From the IMG/VR virus record IMGVR_UViG_3300002026_000004, positions 36,237-100,236 of that record: a stretch of DNA of 64,000 nucleotides; one strand, given 5' to 3'. The notes beneath the pieces are model-generated. The model saw nothing but the letters and a program-made list of their open reading frames with translations. It did no database searches and had not been told where the DNA came from. This DNA is from a virus. The position numbers and the translations under genes are program-made. This document shows positions 1 to 10,162 of the stretch, in pieces (position 1 is the stretch's first letter; the number at the start of each line of letters is the position of its first letter).

Positions 1-2
1 TC

Positions 3-755
3 CCTGACTTAAACCCTACTGAGGTATATTTCGTTTCACTTTCAGCTAGAAAAAAATATCTAACAGAAGAAGAAATTGTAGAATATCAATTAGGTAGAAC
101 AGAAATGTTTTGTAAGTCATTAATAAGAAAACGAGAATGGGATAGGTTTCTTAGAACTATTAGGAAATTTGAATGTCATAAAGGAGGATATACTACAAAG
201 AATGGAAAATCTATTCCAGAGAAATCTATAGTAGTTTATATCAACATTAATCCTAGCTCTACTCTACAAGCTATTGCTGGGTTTAAAAAGGTATTAGCAG
301 AATATGAGGTTGAATTAGCTTCAATGGCCTTATTAGGAAAGCGTGGTGATATTGAGAGTCTTGGTTATAGATTAAATAAGATTGATAATAATTTATATAC
401 AGAGTACCAACAATCTCGTGGTAAAAAAGTTTGGATTGATATTGATATGGATATTGATAAAGGTTTTAAGATATATAAGGATAAAGACTTTAAAAAGTTC
501 TTAAAAGAAAAGAAAATCAATACTTATTATTTTATTGATACTAAATCAGGCTATCATATGTTAATTAAGAAAGATGAACTTAAATTCAATCCTAAAGATA
601 TTATTGATAGAGCTACTGAGCTTTACGAGGAATGGCATTTTGAAGAATATGGAGTCAATGTTAAAGATTTTGAGATTATTATTAATCGTAATGAGATGCT
701 ATGTGTACCTGGAACCCTACAAGGAGGTTATCCTGTTATAATACTAAATAAGTAA
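3..755 (+). CDS. AEP/primase-polymerase-like protein, 5'-truncated by the window edge
   Basis: Frame is open from position 3 (PDLNPTEVYFVSLSARKKY...). DIDMD and TKSGYH resemble AEP motifs I and II. Confidence 0.5.
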   Translation, partial: PDLNPTEVYFVSLSARKKYLTEEEIVEYQLGRTEMFCKSLIRKREWDRFLRTIRKFECHKGGYTTKNGKSIPEKSIVVYININPSSTLQAIAGFKKVLAEYEVELASMALLGKRGDIESLGYRLNKIDNNLYTEYQQSRGKKVWIDIDMDIDKGFKIYKDKDFKKFLKEKKINTYYFIDTKSGYHMLIKKDELKFNPKDIIDRATELYEEWHFEEYGVNVKDFEIIINRNEMLCVPGTLQGGYPVIILNK

Positions 756-1267
756 TGAAGATAACAGCTAACACAATTAAAACCGCCTTACTTTGTTATT
801 ATAGATTCCACAAAGGAGAACTATGTGCTACTGAGTATTCTCATCCATATGGGATTGCTGATGTAGTAACATTAACTAAAAATAATGTAACATTAACTGA
901 GATAGAAGTAAAAATATCTAAATCAGATTTATTAAACGAGCTTAAACATAAAGAAGTTAAACATATTATGCTTAATGAAGATAAGCATATAACTAAAAGT
1001 TTAAATAACAAAATACCTAATAAGTTTTACTTTTGTGTTCCAGAGGAATTAGTTGAGGAAGCTAATAAACTTTGTGAAATAATAAATCCTAAATATGGTA
1101 TTATTGTTTTCAAACCAAAAAAGCGTCCAGAAGCTTCCTTAGAGATAGTTAGAAATGCTTATAAATTACATTCAACTAAATTAGATTATGATGAGATTAG
1201 AAGAACAATAACAAATAGAATTTGTAATGATATCTGTGTGTTCTATCGTGATGAGTATTGGTCCTAA
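755..1267 (+). CDS. MmcB-like PD-(D/E)XK nuclease
   Basis: IADV...EIEVKISKSD and FYFCVP motifs. Confidence 0.65.
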   Translation: MKITANTIKTALLCYYRFHKGELCATEYSHPYGIADVVTLTKNNVTLTEIEVKISKSDLLNELKHKEVKHIMLNEDKHITKSLNNKIPNKFYFCVPEELVEEANKLCEIINPKYGIIVFKPKKRPEASLEIVRNAYKLHSTKLDYDEIRRTITNRICNDICVFYRDEYWS

Positions 1268-3303
1268 CCTAATCCTTGTTCTCTCATAAAAGTATCTAAC
1301 TTCTTTTTTTTCATCTCAGGAGAAATTATTATTTCTTCTTCATTAAATGTTTCTGAACATTTTTCTGATAGATAAATTCTACATCCTTCTACAGAAGCAC
1401 AAACAGCATCAGAAATATCCTTAGCATGTAATCCTACTGCTGATGTTTCCCATCGTAAATCTCCACCTAAATCACCAGTATCTCCTACAGTATGGTCAAT
1501 TTTACGAGACTCAGAACGCTTACGTTTTACTACTCGTAATGATTTAAAGTTGTTTTTTAAGAATATATTTTGACCTACTCTAATTCTATTCTGATTTAGT
1601 AATTGTGTTAATGCTAAGTATGGACCCATCTCAGTATCAACAGATAATTTCTCAACAATATCTTCACCTAATGCCCTTTTAATATATTGTATAGAAGCTT
1701 CTGATTGAAATTGGTCAAAGGTAACTTTTACTATAGGAACATTTCCTTTCATAACTAAATCACAAATAAATAATTTAATTGCGTCTAAGTTTATTCTCCC
1801 TCCTAATGGAGCTATCGCTATTGTGAAGTCAATAATATATATAGGGTCTAAGGAACCAAACTCATTTCTAAACATCTCTACATGGGACATAGCAATTCCT
1901 GTTAAGTCTCCTGATATAGATTGGTCAATAGAAATAACTCTTGGTAAGTGTGGTTTATAATAATACCTATATCCTTTTTCTGTTTTAATAAAGAAGTCGT
2001 TAACTACTTTATTCCAAATTAATCCTTCAGGAGTATCAGTTTCATTAGCTTGAATATAACTATACATATTTTTCATCTTAGGAATAAACACTTGGTCTAT
2101 CTTACTAAAGTCAGCAAATATTCTATCTGTAGAACCTTGAGGAATTCCTAAAATATCTTTAATAGATTTAGTAGTATCATTCTTAAATAACTGATATATA
2201 TTAGGTTCTTTAGGAACCCATAAAATATCAATAGGGTCAACACCTTCAGTAGATGTTAATACTTCTGCTATCTTTCCATTACCACCAACGAATACAGGGA
2301 ACTTCTCAGTAATACCTTCAAAGTCTTCAGGAGCGAAATCAACACGACCACCAGTACACACTAAATTACTTGGGTCTTTTTTAGCTTCATACCAACAATA
2401 ATTATCAATAGGTGATTCAATATCATTAGGAGAGGAGTCTATAATTGCTCTACCAAAATAGTTTCCCTTCATACGAGAATCAATACGAAGCTTCAAGTCA
2501 TTATACATACGCATAATATATGAGTCTGGTTTTCCTGCTTCTCTGAAGAAGGCTAACTCAGATAAAACTCCTGAAACAATTGTTAATCCTAATAAGGAGT
2601 GAACAGATGAAGCTAACTTAATGTTAGAACCATTAGAGAATGCTATTTCAGATGTAGGAGAAGCTGTAGTCCAGAATATCCTATCAATTTGTTCTAAGTT
2701 CTTAAACTCTTCTTCCTTCTTTATCATTGATTCTTTAGTACGAACCTTCTCAAAATAAGGGGAAGCTTCTAGTATATTTGTCATAGGCTCTAATAATAAT
2801 TCTGAAGATTTATCTAATGAATATGAAATTAATAATTGTGCTAAAGTAGTTGCTGGATTTAATCCAAAGAACTTTTTAGGATTACGCATTAATGACATAT
2901 GAACAGCAATATATATTGTAATCAATGAAGATAAATAGGATTTTCCAAAACCGAGTCCTTGGTACAATACTAAATTGCGTTTCTCTGAAGGTGTTAAGAA
3001 CTCTATAAAGATTTTCTTAACTCTTTCATACGTTGATTCTGCTACTGAACCTAGATACTTAGAAGAAATAAAGTTTTCAGCAGTAGGTGGCTCTGCCCTA
3101 TAATGGATTCTCCATGACTGTTGTGTTAATCTCATTTTATCATAATCTGTTAGTTTAGGATTATTGATAATGAAATCATAAGCTCTCTGAATTTTCTTCA
3201 TATCATAACTAACTAATAGCTTATTATATATTTCTTCATCACCCTCTAAAAAATCTAATACTTGGAATGAAGTATCTATCAACTCTTTCTTTATTATGTC
3301 CAT
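1264..3303 (-). CDS. terL: Terminase large subunit
   Basis: Walker A GLGFGKS, Walker B-like VLSELAF, nuclease motifs ISIDQS, TFDQFQS and KDISDA; late motif upstream. Confidence 0.9.
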   Translation of the reverse strand: MDIIKKELIDTSFQVLDFLEGDEEIYNKLLVSYDMKKIQRAYDFIINNPKLTDYDKMRLTQQSWRIHYRAEPPTAENFISSKYLGSVAESTYERVKKIFIEFLTPSEKRNLVLYQGLGFGKSYLSSLITIYIAVHMSLMRNPKKFFGLNPATTLAQLLISYSLDKSSELLLEPMTNILEASPYFEKVRTKESMIKKEEEFKNLEQIDRIFWTTASPTSEIAFSNGSNIKLASSVHSLLGLTIVSGVLSELAFFREAGKPDSYIMRMYNDLKLRIDSRMKGNYFGRAIIDSSPNDIESPIDNYCWYEAKKDPSNLVCTGGRVDFAPEDFEGITEKFPVFVGGNGKIAEVLTSTEGVDPIDILWVPKEPNIYQLFKNDTTKSIKDILGIPQGSTDRIFADFSKIDQVFIPKMKNMYSYIQANETDTPEGLIWNKVVNDFFIKTEKGYRYYYKPHLPRVISIDQSISGDLTGIAMSHVEMFRNEFGSLDPIYIIDFTIAIAPLGGRINLDAIKLFICDLVMKGNVPIVKVTFDQFQSEASIQYIKRALGEDIVEKLSVDTEMGPYLALTQLLNQNRIRVGQNIFLKNNFKSLRVVKRKRSESRKIDHTVGDTGDLGGDLRWETSAVGLHAKDISDAVCASVEGCRIYLSEKCSETFNEEEIIISPEMKKKKLDTFMREQGLG

Positions 3304-3327
3304 ATCATCCTTTATTTCGTTATTATA

Positions 3328-3337
3328 ACTAATTAGT
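3328..3337. promoter_or_regulatory. Palindromic late-promoter motif ACTAATTAGT serving divergent genes (terL and 3350)
   Basis: One of 20 copies of ACTAATT[A/T] at gene boundaries; the 10-mer is self-complementary. Confidence 0.75.
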
Positions 3338-3349
3338 TAGGGGTGAATA

Positions 3350-3649
3350 ATGGCTAAATTAAATAAAGACTTACTACCACTATATATAGCTTTAGTATCA
3401 GGATTATTCTCTATTTTATCTACGATAGCAGACAATTTAACTAAAAATGTCAAAATAGAAGTATTAACTAAGTCAGTTCAATTAAAAGCACCAACAATAT
3501 CTAAAGTAATTTATAATAAAAACAATGAAATTATTGCGTTTATTTTAGCTAACCCTAAACCAATAGCCTTTGGCCTAATAAGTCTCCTAGCTATTATAAT
3601 TTATGTAGTAATCAGGCTTAAAAAACGACCATCACGGAAGTCAAAATAA
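3350..3649 (+). CDS. Small 2-TM membrane protein (holin-like candidate)
   Basis: Two hydrophobic segments and a basic C-tail KKRPSRKSK; late motif upstream. Confidence 0.4.
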   Translation: MAKLNKDLLPLYIALVSGLFSILSTIADNLTKNVKIEVLTKSVQLKAPTISKVIYNKNNEIIAFILANPKPIAFGLISLLAIIIYVVIRLKKRPSRKSK

Positions 3650-4305
3650 TGAAAATAACACTAAAAGAAGTTAGTAACCTAAATGATAATTTTTATCGTT
3701 GGTTTGGTAAGTCTAAAGTTGTTGACAAGAATGGAAAACCATTAGTAGTACATCATGGAACAAAAGGTGAGTGGGAAGATACAACAATCTTTATTCCCTC
3801 ATTAAAAAATGATATTGGTTCCCACTTTGGCACAAAAGACCAAGCTAACAAAATTTTAATTCCTTCAGAACCAGAAGAAATTATTGATTTAGATTCTAAG
3901 TATTATAAATATATGAGAATGATGCCCTGTTATTTAAAAATAGAGAACCCTCTTTATTTAGAAGATTTATTGACCTGGGATATGGATTCAATGGGTGATA
4001 CTTTAACAGATTTATATATTATGGATGATATAGAAGTATTCAAATTATCTAAATTATATAGAAGGCACTCCTTTGGAGCAAAGACAAGAACAGAGGAATC
4101 TGATGATATTCTAAGTTTTATTCAAGAAAAAATAATACGTGCGTTAAAGAAAGCTGGATATGATGGAATTATTTATGAGAACCAAACTGAAGGCGTTGGT
4201 GAATCTTTTATGGTTTTTAGACCAAATCAAATTAAGTCTATTTTTAATAAAGGCACTTGGAATCCTAAATCAAGTAAAATTAATGAAAATATAGGGAGTG
4301 TATAA
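3649..4305 (+). CDS. ADP-ribosyltransferase-like protein (ART-PolyVal type)
   Basis: KVVDKNGKPLVVHHGT, GYDGIIY-N--E and FRPNQIKS motifs; N-terminal leader MKITLKE. Confidence 0.7.
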   Translation: MKITLKEVSNLNDNFYRWFGKSKVVDKNGKPLVVHHGTKGEWEDTTIFIPSLKNDIGSHFGTKDQANKILIPSEPEEIIDLDSKYYKYMRMMPCYLKIENPLYLEDLLTWDMDSMGDTLTDLYIMDDIEVFKLSKLYRRHSFGAKTRTEESDDILSFIQEKIIRALKKAGYDGIIYENQTEGVGESFMVFRPNQIKSIFNKGTWNPKSSKINENIGSV

Positions 4306-5360
4306 TGAAGTATAGATTAAAAGAACTTAATAATCTTAATGATAATTTTTATCGTTGGTTTGGTGATAGCAAAGTTGTTGATAATCAAGGAAAACCTATC
4401 GTGGTTTATCACGGTACTTCAGCTAAGTTTAGGGCTTTTAATAAGAAAAAAGCGGCTATGGGTGGGATATTTTGGTTTACAACTAACAAACAAGAAGTTG
4501 AAGATGGTAATGTTGGGGCCGCTGGTCATGGTGTTATATTAGAACTGTATGCTAGAATAATAAATCCTGCTGGTTGGAAAGAATATGAAAAATTAGGATT
4601 AGGACAACTAGTAGATAGAGGATATGATGGAGTTATCTTAGAACATAGTGATGGTTTTATTGGTTTCGTATTTGAACCAAATCAATTAAAATCTATTAAC
4701 AATAAAGGTACGTGGAGTTTGAATTCTAATAAAATTAATGAGATGGCTTATCCAACTCAATTCTCTTTTGAAAAATTATTATCATTAACTTCTTATAAGA
4801 AAAGATTAGATTATGTTCAAAGTCTATTACAAAGAATATCTTCAGGGTCTTCAAGAGTAGTATATAAAGTTGACGATGAGAAAGTATTAAAGATAGCTAG
4901 GAATAAAAAAGGTTTAGCTCAGAATGAAGTTGAATCAGATGAGGAATTTCAATATATGTATCCTAGTTTAGTTGCTAAGGTTTTTGAGAAGGATAAAAAT
5001 AATCTATTCTTAGAAATGGAATTGGCTAGGAAAGTAACACCTACTAAGTTCAAACAAGTATTAGGATTTACTACCGATGATTTAACTAGATTATTAGAGA
5101 ATACTGCCTATAGAGCTTATGGTAATAATAAAACTCCTAGTTATTGGAGTAAAGCAGATGAAGGGTTAGAACACCTTTGGGATAATGAGTTTGTAATGAG
5201 TCTTACTGACTATGCTGTAAACTTTAATATTCCTATTCCTGGGGATTTAGATAGATTATCTTCATATGGTTTAGTTACAAGAGAAGGTCAAGAGTCTATT
5301 GTTTTAATTGATTTTGGATTAACTCAATATGTATATGACACTCACTATGGTAGGAGATAA
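4305..5360 (+). CDS. ART-PolyVal-like domain fused to a protein-kinase-like domain
   Basis: N-half PIVVYHGT, GYDGVIL, FEPNQLKS; C-half GSSRVVY, VLKIA, NEVE, LEMEL, GDL and LIDFG. Confidence 0.7.
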   Translation: MKYRLKELNNLNDNFYRWFGDSKVVDNQGKPIVVYHGTSAKFRAFNKKKAAMGGIFWFTTNKQEVEDGNVGAAGHGVILELYARIINPAGWKEYEKLGLGQLVDRGYDGVILEHSDGFIGFVFEPNQLKSINNKGTWSLNSNKINEMAYPTQFSFEKLLSLTSYKKRLDYVQSLLQRISSGSSRVVYKVDDEKVLKIARNKKGLAQNEVESDEEFQYMYPSLVAKVFEKDKNNLFLEMELARKVTPTKFKQVLGFTTDDLTRLLENTAYRAYGNNKTPSYWSKADEGLEHLWDNEFVMSLTDYAVNFNIPIPGDLDRLSSYGLVTREGQESIVLIDFGLTQYVYDTHYGRR

Positions 5361-5363
5361 TTA

Positions 5364-5879
5364 ATGCAATTTTGGCATGGTGGCAATTTAGATGACTACA
5401 AAGATTTCCCTACTCAGAGTAAAGGTAGATATGAATATGGACCAGGATTATATTTAACTACTCATTATGATACAGCAAAAAAGTATTCTAAAGGCAGTAG
5501 AAAATTATACTTAATTGATGTAGAAGTTGGTATTGATGCTACTAAATCTTTTATTGATAATAATAGTGCTTTTGAGTTCATTAATACTTGGTGTATAAAA
5601 TCTAAAATAAAAGAAATAGGATATAGCTTAAACAAATATATTAAAAGTAATAAAATACCTGCTAATATATTCATAAATGTAATTCTTAATACTAATGCAA
5701 TTCCATCTAAGTACACTAATAAACTTAGAGAGTTTTTAGTTAACAATAATATAGATTATGAAGTAGTTAAAAATGCCTTTGGTTGGAATGAAACTATGTT
5801 AGTTCTCTATAACATGAAGAAGATTAAGAGAATAAAGCAGATTAAATCTACTGATAAAATAGAAAAATATGACTTATAA
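5364..5879 (+). CDS. ART-fold (H-Y-E type) protein
   Basis: WHGG, YGPGLYLT and AKKYS motifs. Confidence 0.55.
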   Translation: MQFWHGGNLDDYKDFPTQSKGRYEYGPGLYLTTHYDTAKKYSKGSRKLYLIDVEVGIDATKSFIDNNSAFEFINTWCIKSKIKEIGYSLNKYIKSNKIPANIFINVILNTNAIPSKYTNKLREFLVNNNIDYEVVKNAFGWNETMLVLYNMKKIKRIKQIKSTDKIEKYDL

Positions 5880-5883
5880 ATAC

Positions 5884-5912
5884 TTGACAAAAGTTTAATT
5901 CTAATGTATTAT
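5884..5912 (+). promoter_or_regulatory. Early sigma70-type promoter
   Basis: TTGACA-N17-TATTAT followed by SD AGGAG and ATG 5934. Confidence 0.8.
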
Positions 5913-5933
5913 AGCTATAGATAGGAGAAAATT

Positions 5934-6248
5934 ATGAAGAAAATAACAGTTAGATTAGCGGAAATGGATGTTAATTCCAGTATTAAGGCTATGGACCCTA
6001 CCGGAAAATATTCAAAGTGGATTATTAAAATGCTTAATAGTGATAAGGAAGAGGCTAAATGGGCATTAGGAAATGTTCCTAGAATGAAGAAGGCTTTTGC
6101 TTTACATTCAGCTATCGTTAATGCTGGTGGATTTGAAAAGGGTGATTGGCCTAATAGGGATGATATTAACTCCTTTGACTCTATTTTTGATTTTGAAGGA
6201 TATATGGGTGACTATGGTCCTAATTACGTTCGAAAATATAATTTATAA
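5934..6248 (+). CDS. Short 'DPT' family paralog (N-terminal domain only)
   Basis: DPTGKYSKWII and DINSF match the N-domain of 6284, 21660 and 59990. Confidence 0.65.
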   Translation: MKKITVRLAEMDVNSSIKAMDPTGKYSKWIIKMLNSDKEEAKWALGNVPRMKKAFALHSAIVNAGGFEKGDWPNRDDINSFDSIFDFEGYMGDYGPNYVRKYNL

Positions 6249-6251
6249 TTA

Positions 6252-6280
6252 AAAAGCCCTGAAAATTAATCAGGGCTTTT
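6252..6280. terminator. Bidirectional intrinsic terminator
   Basis: AAAAGCCCTGA-loop-TCAGGGCTTTT between convergent genes. Confidence 0.85.
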
Positions 6281-6283
6281 CAT

Positions 6284-7687
6284 TTATAATCCGTAAGGTA
6301 AATCTTGTTGCTTATCTTTTTTTCTTTGGAATTCTGTTGAAGCAGGATTATCAGCACTAGAGTAATTATACTCTAATTGATAATAAATAGTATAGGTTGT
6401 TTCCCCCATAGATATTTCTACTTCTTCATAAGAGTCAATATAATTATATCCATAACCACTATCAGTTTCTACTTTATGTCTGAACTCAAAATTGTCCCTA
6501 AACATATCTTGGAATACATCATCTGAGCGTAGTCCTTCTTGATTACAAATTAAATAATCATATTTTACGTCTTTACCTAAAAGGTCAGTAACAGCATGAG
6601 TTAGTTCATAAGTATCATAACTATCGCTTCTTTCTGCTTGATGCCATTTATTATTAGCATTATTAATAGCATCATCTGGCATTACATCACTACGCATTTC
6701 TACATAAATACCAATACCGTTTTCTACACTAAATCCTTCTAAACCATATATATCTTCAATTTCTGAATAGTATTCTTGACCTTTACCTATTTTATAAACT
6801 TTAAAAGTTGAGTAAGTAGTTTCATCACCACTATCTTCTTCCCCATAATCTTCACCAGAATAGGAATATAAGGATGCTGATACTGAACCATTTAAAACAC
6901 CATCATTATCAATTTCACCATAATAGCTATTCATTATCTCATATGTTTTTTTATCACCAGCAAATCCACCAGCGTCTTCAATTTTTTCTTTTAAATCTGA
7001 AACAATTTCATCAGGGATATCTCTAAAGAAAGTATCATCAATATCTTCAACAGTATCATCAGAAACATCTCTACATTCTACTTCAGATAATGAACGAGAA
7101 TTACCATTAGGGATATATAATTGATATGCCTCATTAGCAAATTCACCATTTTTAAAGAATCTATGAATATATAAAGTTCCCTGTTCTGAATATGATTCAT
7201 AATGTCCTGAATATGTTTTAGAAGTAGTACACCAATGAGTATTAGCACCATACTTACAAGAAGCTTGGTATGATAATGGTATTAATAATAAATTATTTTC
7301 ATCCTTATATAGGATTTTTATATTTTTATCAGCTTTCTTTTCTATCTCTTTATCAACTAAATCCTGTTTAAATCTTCTGTGATTTTGTTCCATGAACTCC
7401 ATAAAAGTAGTATATATTTTAAACTTATTTATATCTGTCCATGTGCTATTAATGATATTACTTTTCTTAAACTTATCATACTCACCTAAATAGAATTTAA
7501 GATTAATACCTTCTGATTCTAAATACTCTCTATTTTGTTCAGGGTTTTTTAGATATTTATCAACTAACCAGCGTGAATATAATTTAGTTGGAGTAGGGTC
7601 TAAAGAAAGTAGATATTCAAAAGTAGGTTCATCAATTTTATCTTTGTAAAAGTTATAGTTTATAGCTTCTAGTATACGAATATTCAT
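6284..7687 (-). CDS. 'DPT/WC' family protein, putative virion-internal
   Basis: DPTPTKLYSRW, ASCKYGANTHWC, acidic C-terminal region; leader MNIRILE. Confidence 0.65.
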   Translation of the reverse strand: MNIRILEAINYNFYKDKIDEPTFEYLLSLDPTPTKLYSRWLVDKYLKNPEQNREYLESEGINLKFYLGEYDKFKKSNIINSTWTDINKFKIYTTFMEFMEQNHRRFKQDLVDKEIEKKADKNIKILYKDENNLLLIPLSYQASCKYGANTHWCTTSKTYSGHYESYSEQGTLYIHRFFKNGEFANEAYQLYIPNGNSRSLSEVECRDVSDDTVEDIDDTFFRDIPDEIVSDLKEKIEDAGGFAGDKKTYEIMNSYYGEIDNDGVLNGSVSASLYSYSGEDYGEEDSGDETTYSTFKVYKIGKGQEYYSEIEDIYGLEGFSVENGIGIYVEMRSDVMPDDAINNANNKWHQAERSDSYDTYELTHAVTDLLGKDVKYDYLICNQEGLRSDDVFQDMFRDNFEFRHKVETDSGYGYNYIDSYEEVEISMGETTYTIYYQLEYNYSSADNPASTEFQRKKDKQQDLPYGL

Positions 7688-7860
7688 TATTATTCTCCTA
7701 TATACTTAAATTAGTTACATAAACATACTGAAAGTAATTACTACTAATTATTATATATGAATCCAAATAATTAACTACCAAAAAATGTAAGTAGTTATGG
7801 ATAAAACAGAACTATATAAATTTATGTTCTAAACTTAACTAAGCTATTAAGGAGTTAACT

Positions 7861-9042
7861 ATGGCTGGTGAATTTAAGGTTTACAAGAAGAAAGAATGGT
7901 GGAGAGAGGATTCAGAAGTTCCCGATTATGCTCGGAAAATGGATGAATCAGTAAAGCAAAAGAAAGAAGAAGAATATGAATTAAAACGTGGCTCTGATGG
8001 TCGTAACAAGCCCTCAATTACTGGTAGTTATGCTGGTACTAAGGGAAAAGCTCGTGCTAAGAAAACTGTTGCAGAAAAAACTGAAGTTCGCGCTCGTACT
8101 ATGAAAGAAGCTGATTATGATGAATATGATGATTACGAAGGTGATGACTTAGAAGATGAAGGAATGGATGACGTTGGTATGGACGATGAAGGTATCAATG
8201 ATGAATCTGATGTTCCAATGGAAGCTGATGGTGAAGACTTTGGTGGTTCCGTTTGCACATGCCCAAATTGCGGTGCGAAGTTAGTAATTGAAACTGCTGA
8301 TGAAGAAGAAGCCGAAGGTGAAGACATTGATGGAATGGATGATGTTTCCCCTGAAGAAGAATCAGAGTTCAAAGACGATGAAATGGGTGCAGAATCAGAA
8401 GAAAAAGATTTAACTGTTCCTAAGTTTGAGTCAAAGAAAGATAAGTATGATAGAATTCAAAAGAAAGTAGAATCAAAAAGAAACTCTAAAAAAGAGGAGA
8501 GTGATGCTGATTTTGAGAAAGCTTACTTAGAATGGAAAAAAGAGAGAATGAAGAGAATTGAAGCTTTAAAGGCTAAGGGAAAGAAAAGAGTAGAAAGTGA
8601 ATCAGAAATTGGTATTGAATATGGTTCAGATACTCCTGACATGGTTAAGAAAGGTACTACTAATACTGGAACTAAAACAGACGTAGGTGCTGGTAACGAT
8701 GACGACCCCGATATTACTTCTTCTTCAACTCCTGATTTAGTTACTAAAGGCCAGACTAATACTGGAACTAAGACTATTCAATCAGAAAAGACTAAAGCAA
8801 GAAAAGCTATTGCTGAAAAAGAGCAAAGTGCTGTTACTGACCCCTTTGAAGATGAAGCTGATGCCGATGCGGTTACAACTGATGACTTCGCTAACCTCCC
8901 TGTAGATGTTGGTGCTGACCCTGATGCTATTACTAAATATAAAGGCGTTCAAGAACGCAGAGCAGTAAGAAAGACTAACCCCGATGGTGCTATCCATGAA
9001 TCCTTTGACTTCAAGAAGTTAGTTCGTGGCGAGTATAAATAA
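7861..9042 (+). CDS. Highly charged putative prohead core/internal protein with Zn ribbon
   Basis: Very D/E/K-rich, CTCPNCG, internal repeat TPD[ML]V.KG.TNTGTKT, many xxE|S sites; late motif at 7743. Confidence 0.5.
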   Translation: MAGEFKVYKKKEWWREDSEVPDYARKMDESVKQKKEEEYELKRGSDGRNKPSITGSYAGTKGKARAKKTVAEKTEVRARTMKEADYDEYDDYEGDDLEDEGMDDVGMDDEGINDESDVPMEADGEDFGGSVCTCPNCGAKLVIETADEEEAEGEDIDGMDDVSPEEESEFKDDEMGAESEEKDLTVPKFESKKDKYDRIQKKVESKRNSKKEESDADFEKAYLEWKKERMKRIEALKAKGKKRVESESEIGIEYGSDTPDMVKKGTTNTGTKTDVGAGNDDDPDITSSSTPDLVTKGQTNTGTKTIQSEKTKARKAIAEKEQSAVTDPFEDEADADAVTTDDFANLPVDVGADPDAITKYKGVQERRAVRKTNPDGAIHESFDFKKLVRGEYK

Positions 9043-9066
9043 CTAAAAACTATTAAAAAAAGTTCG

Positions 9067-9098
9067 AATCCTGCCCGTAAAAAGGCAGGATTTTTTTA
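9067..9098 (+). terminator. Intrinsic terminator
   Basis: AATCCTGCC-loop-GGCAGGATT followed by a T-run. Confidence 0.85.
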
Positions 9099-9121
9099 TT
9101 TAAAAATAATATTAAAACCTA

Positions 9122-9150
9122 TTGACATTTATTCTACAATAGAGTATACT
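9122..9150 (+). promoter_or_regulatory. Early sigma70-type promoter
   Basis: TTGACA-N17-TATACT. Confidence 0.85.
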
Positions 9151-9215
9151 ATCATAGTCAGGTGAGCAACGAAAGAGTTACCAACCTGATAAAATCTGTT
9201 AAGTAGGAGTCAAAT

Positions 9216-10157
9216 ATGGCCGCGAATGTAGAAAATATGTTTTATGTAGGTCGTCAAGTTCCCTGGCATGGCCTTGGAGTTTCTGTGGTAGAAGCTCCGA
9301 ATTCGGCGGAAGCCATCAAGCTTGCAGGACTCAATTGGCAAGTTGAAACCACTTGCATGAAAATTGAACATAAGGGTAATGATATTATCGTTCCTAACGT
9401 CTTTGCAAACAAACGGTCTACCGATGGTGCTGTTCTCGGAGTTGTTACTGGCAAGTATAAGATTGTCCAGAACGAAGAAGCTTTCAGCTTTACTGATGGA
9501 CTCCTTGGAGAGGATATCAAATATGAAACCGCTGGCTCTCTTGCTGGTGGAAAGAAAATCTGGCTTCTCGCTCGTATGCCTGATTCGGAAATTGTTGGAG
9601 ATAAGTTCGAGAATTATCTCGCCTTTTGTAATTCTCATGATGGTAAAGGCTCTGTCCAGGTAGCGGCAACCAAAGTAAGAATTGTTTGCGAGAATACGAT
9701 GAACCTCGCTCTTAATACGGCTAAACGGTCCTGGTCCACCAAGCATATGGGAAACATGGAGTCCAAGATGGCTGAAGCTCATCGGACTCTTGAACTCGCT
9801 AATACTTATAATGATGCTTTCGTTCTGGAAGCTTCCAAACTTGCTGACGAAAAGATTACCGACATTTCCTTCGAGCTTTTCGTTCAGAACCTCGTTAATA
9901 TCCCTGAAGGTGCTACTGACCGTATCATTCGCGGTATCACTGAACAGCGCGACGACCTCATGATGCGCTACATGAAGGCTCCTGACCTCAGCACCATTCG
10001 CGGAACCAAGTGGGGCGTTCTTCAGGCTGTGTCTGACTTCGCCACTCACAAGACTCCCCAGCGCAATACTGCTACCCACCAAGAGAATCTCTTTGATGAG
10101 ACGATTCAGGGTAATAAGCTCATTGATAAAGCCTACGACCTTCTGAAGGCGGTTTAA
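9216..10157 (+). CDS. DUF932 family (phage/plasmid-like TIGR03299) protein
   Basis: PWHGLG, AGLNW, YKIVQNEEAF, ETAGSL, NSHDG, RIVCENT and GTKWG motifs. Confidence 0.9.
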   Translation: MAANVENMFYVGRQVPWHGLGVSVVEAPNSAEAIKLAGLNWQVETTCMKIEHKGNDIIVPNVFANKRSTDGAVLGVVTGKYKIVQNEEAFSFTDGLLGEDIKYETAGSLAGGKKIWLLARMPDSEIVGDKFENYLAFCNSHDGKGSVQVAATKVRIVCENTMNLALNTAKRSWSTKHMGNMESKMAEAHRTLELANTYNDAFVLEASKLADEKITDISFELFVQNLVNIPEGATDRIIRGITEQRDDLMMRYMKAPDLSTIRGTKWGVLQAVSDFATHKTPQRNTATHQENLFDETIQGNKLIDKAYDLLKAV

Positions 10158-10162
10158 TAATA

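Noticed and set aside
9062-9076. GTTCGAATCCTGCCC resembles a tRNA T-loop and 3' arm
   Set aside because: Preceded by an A-run with no D or anticodon arm; explained as the left arm of a terminator.
9210-10082. 290-aa antisense ORF
   Set aside because: Shadow of the GC-richer DUF932 gene; no RBS or recognisable motifs.
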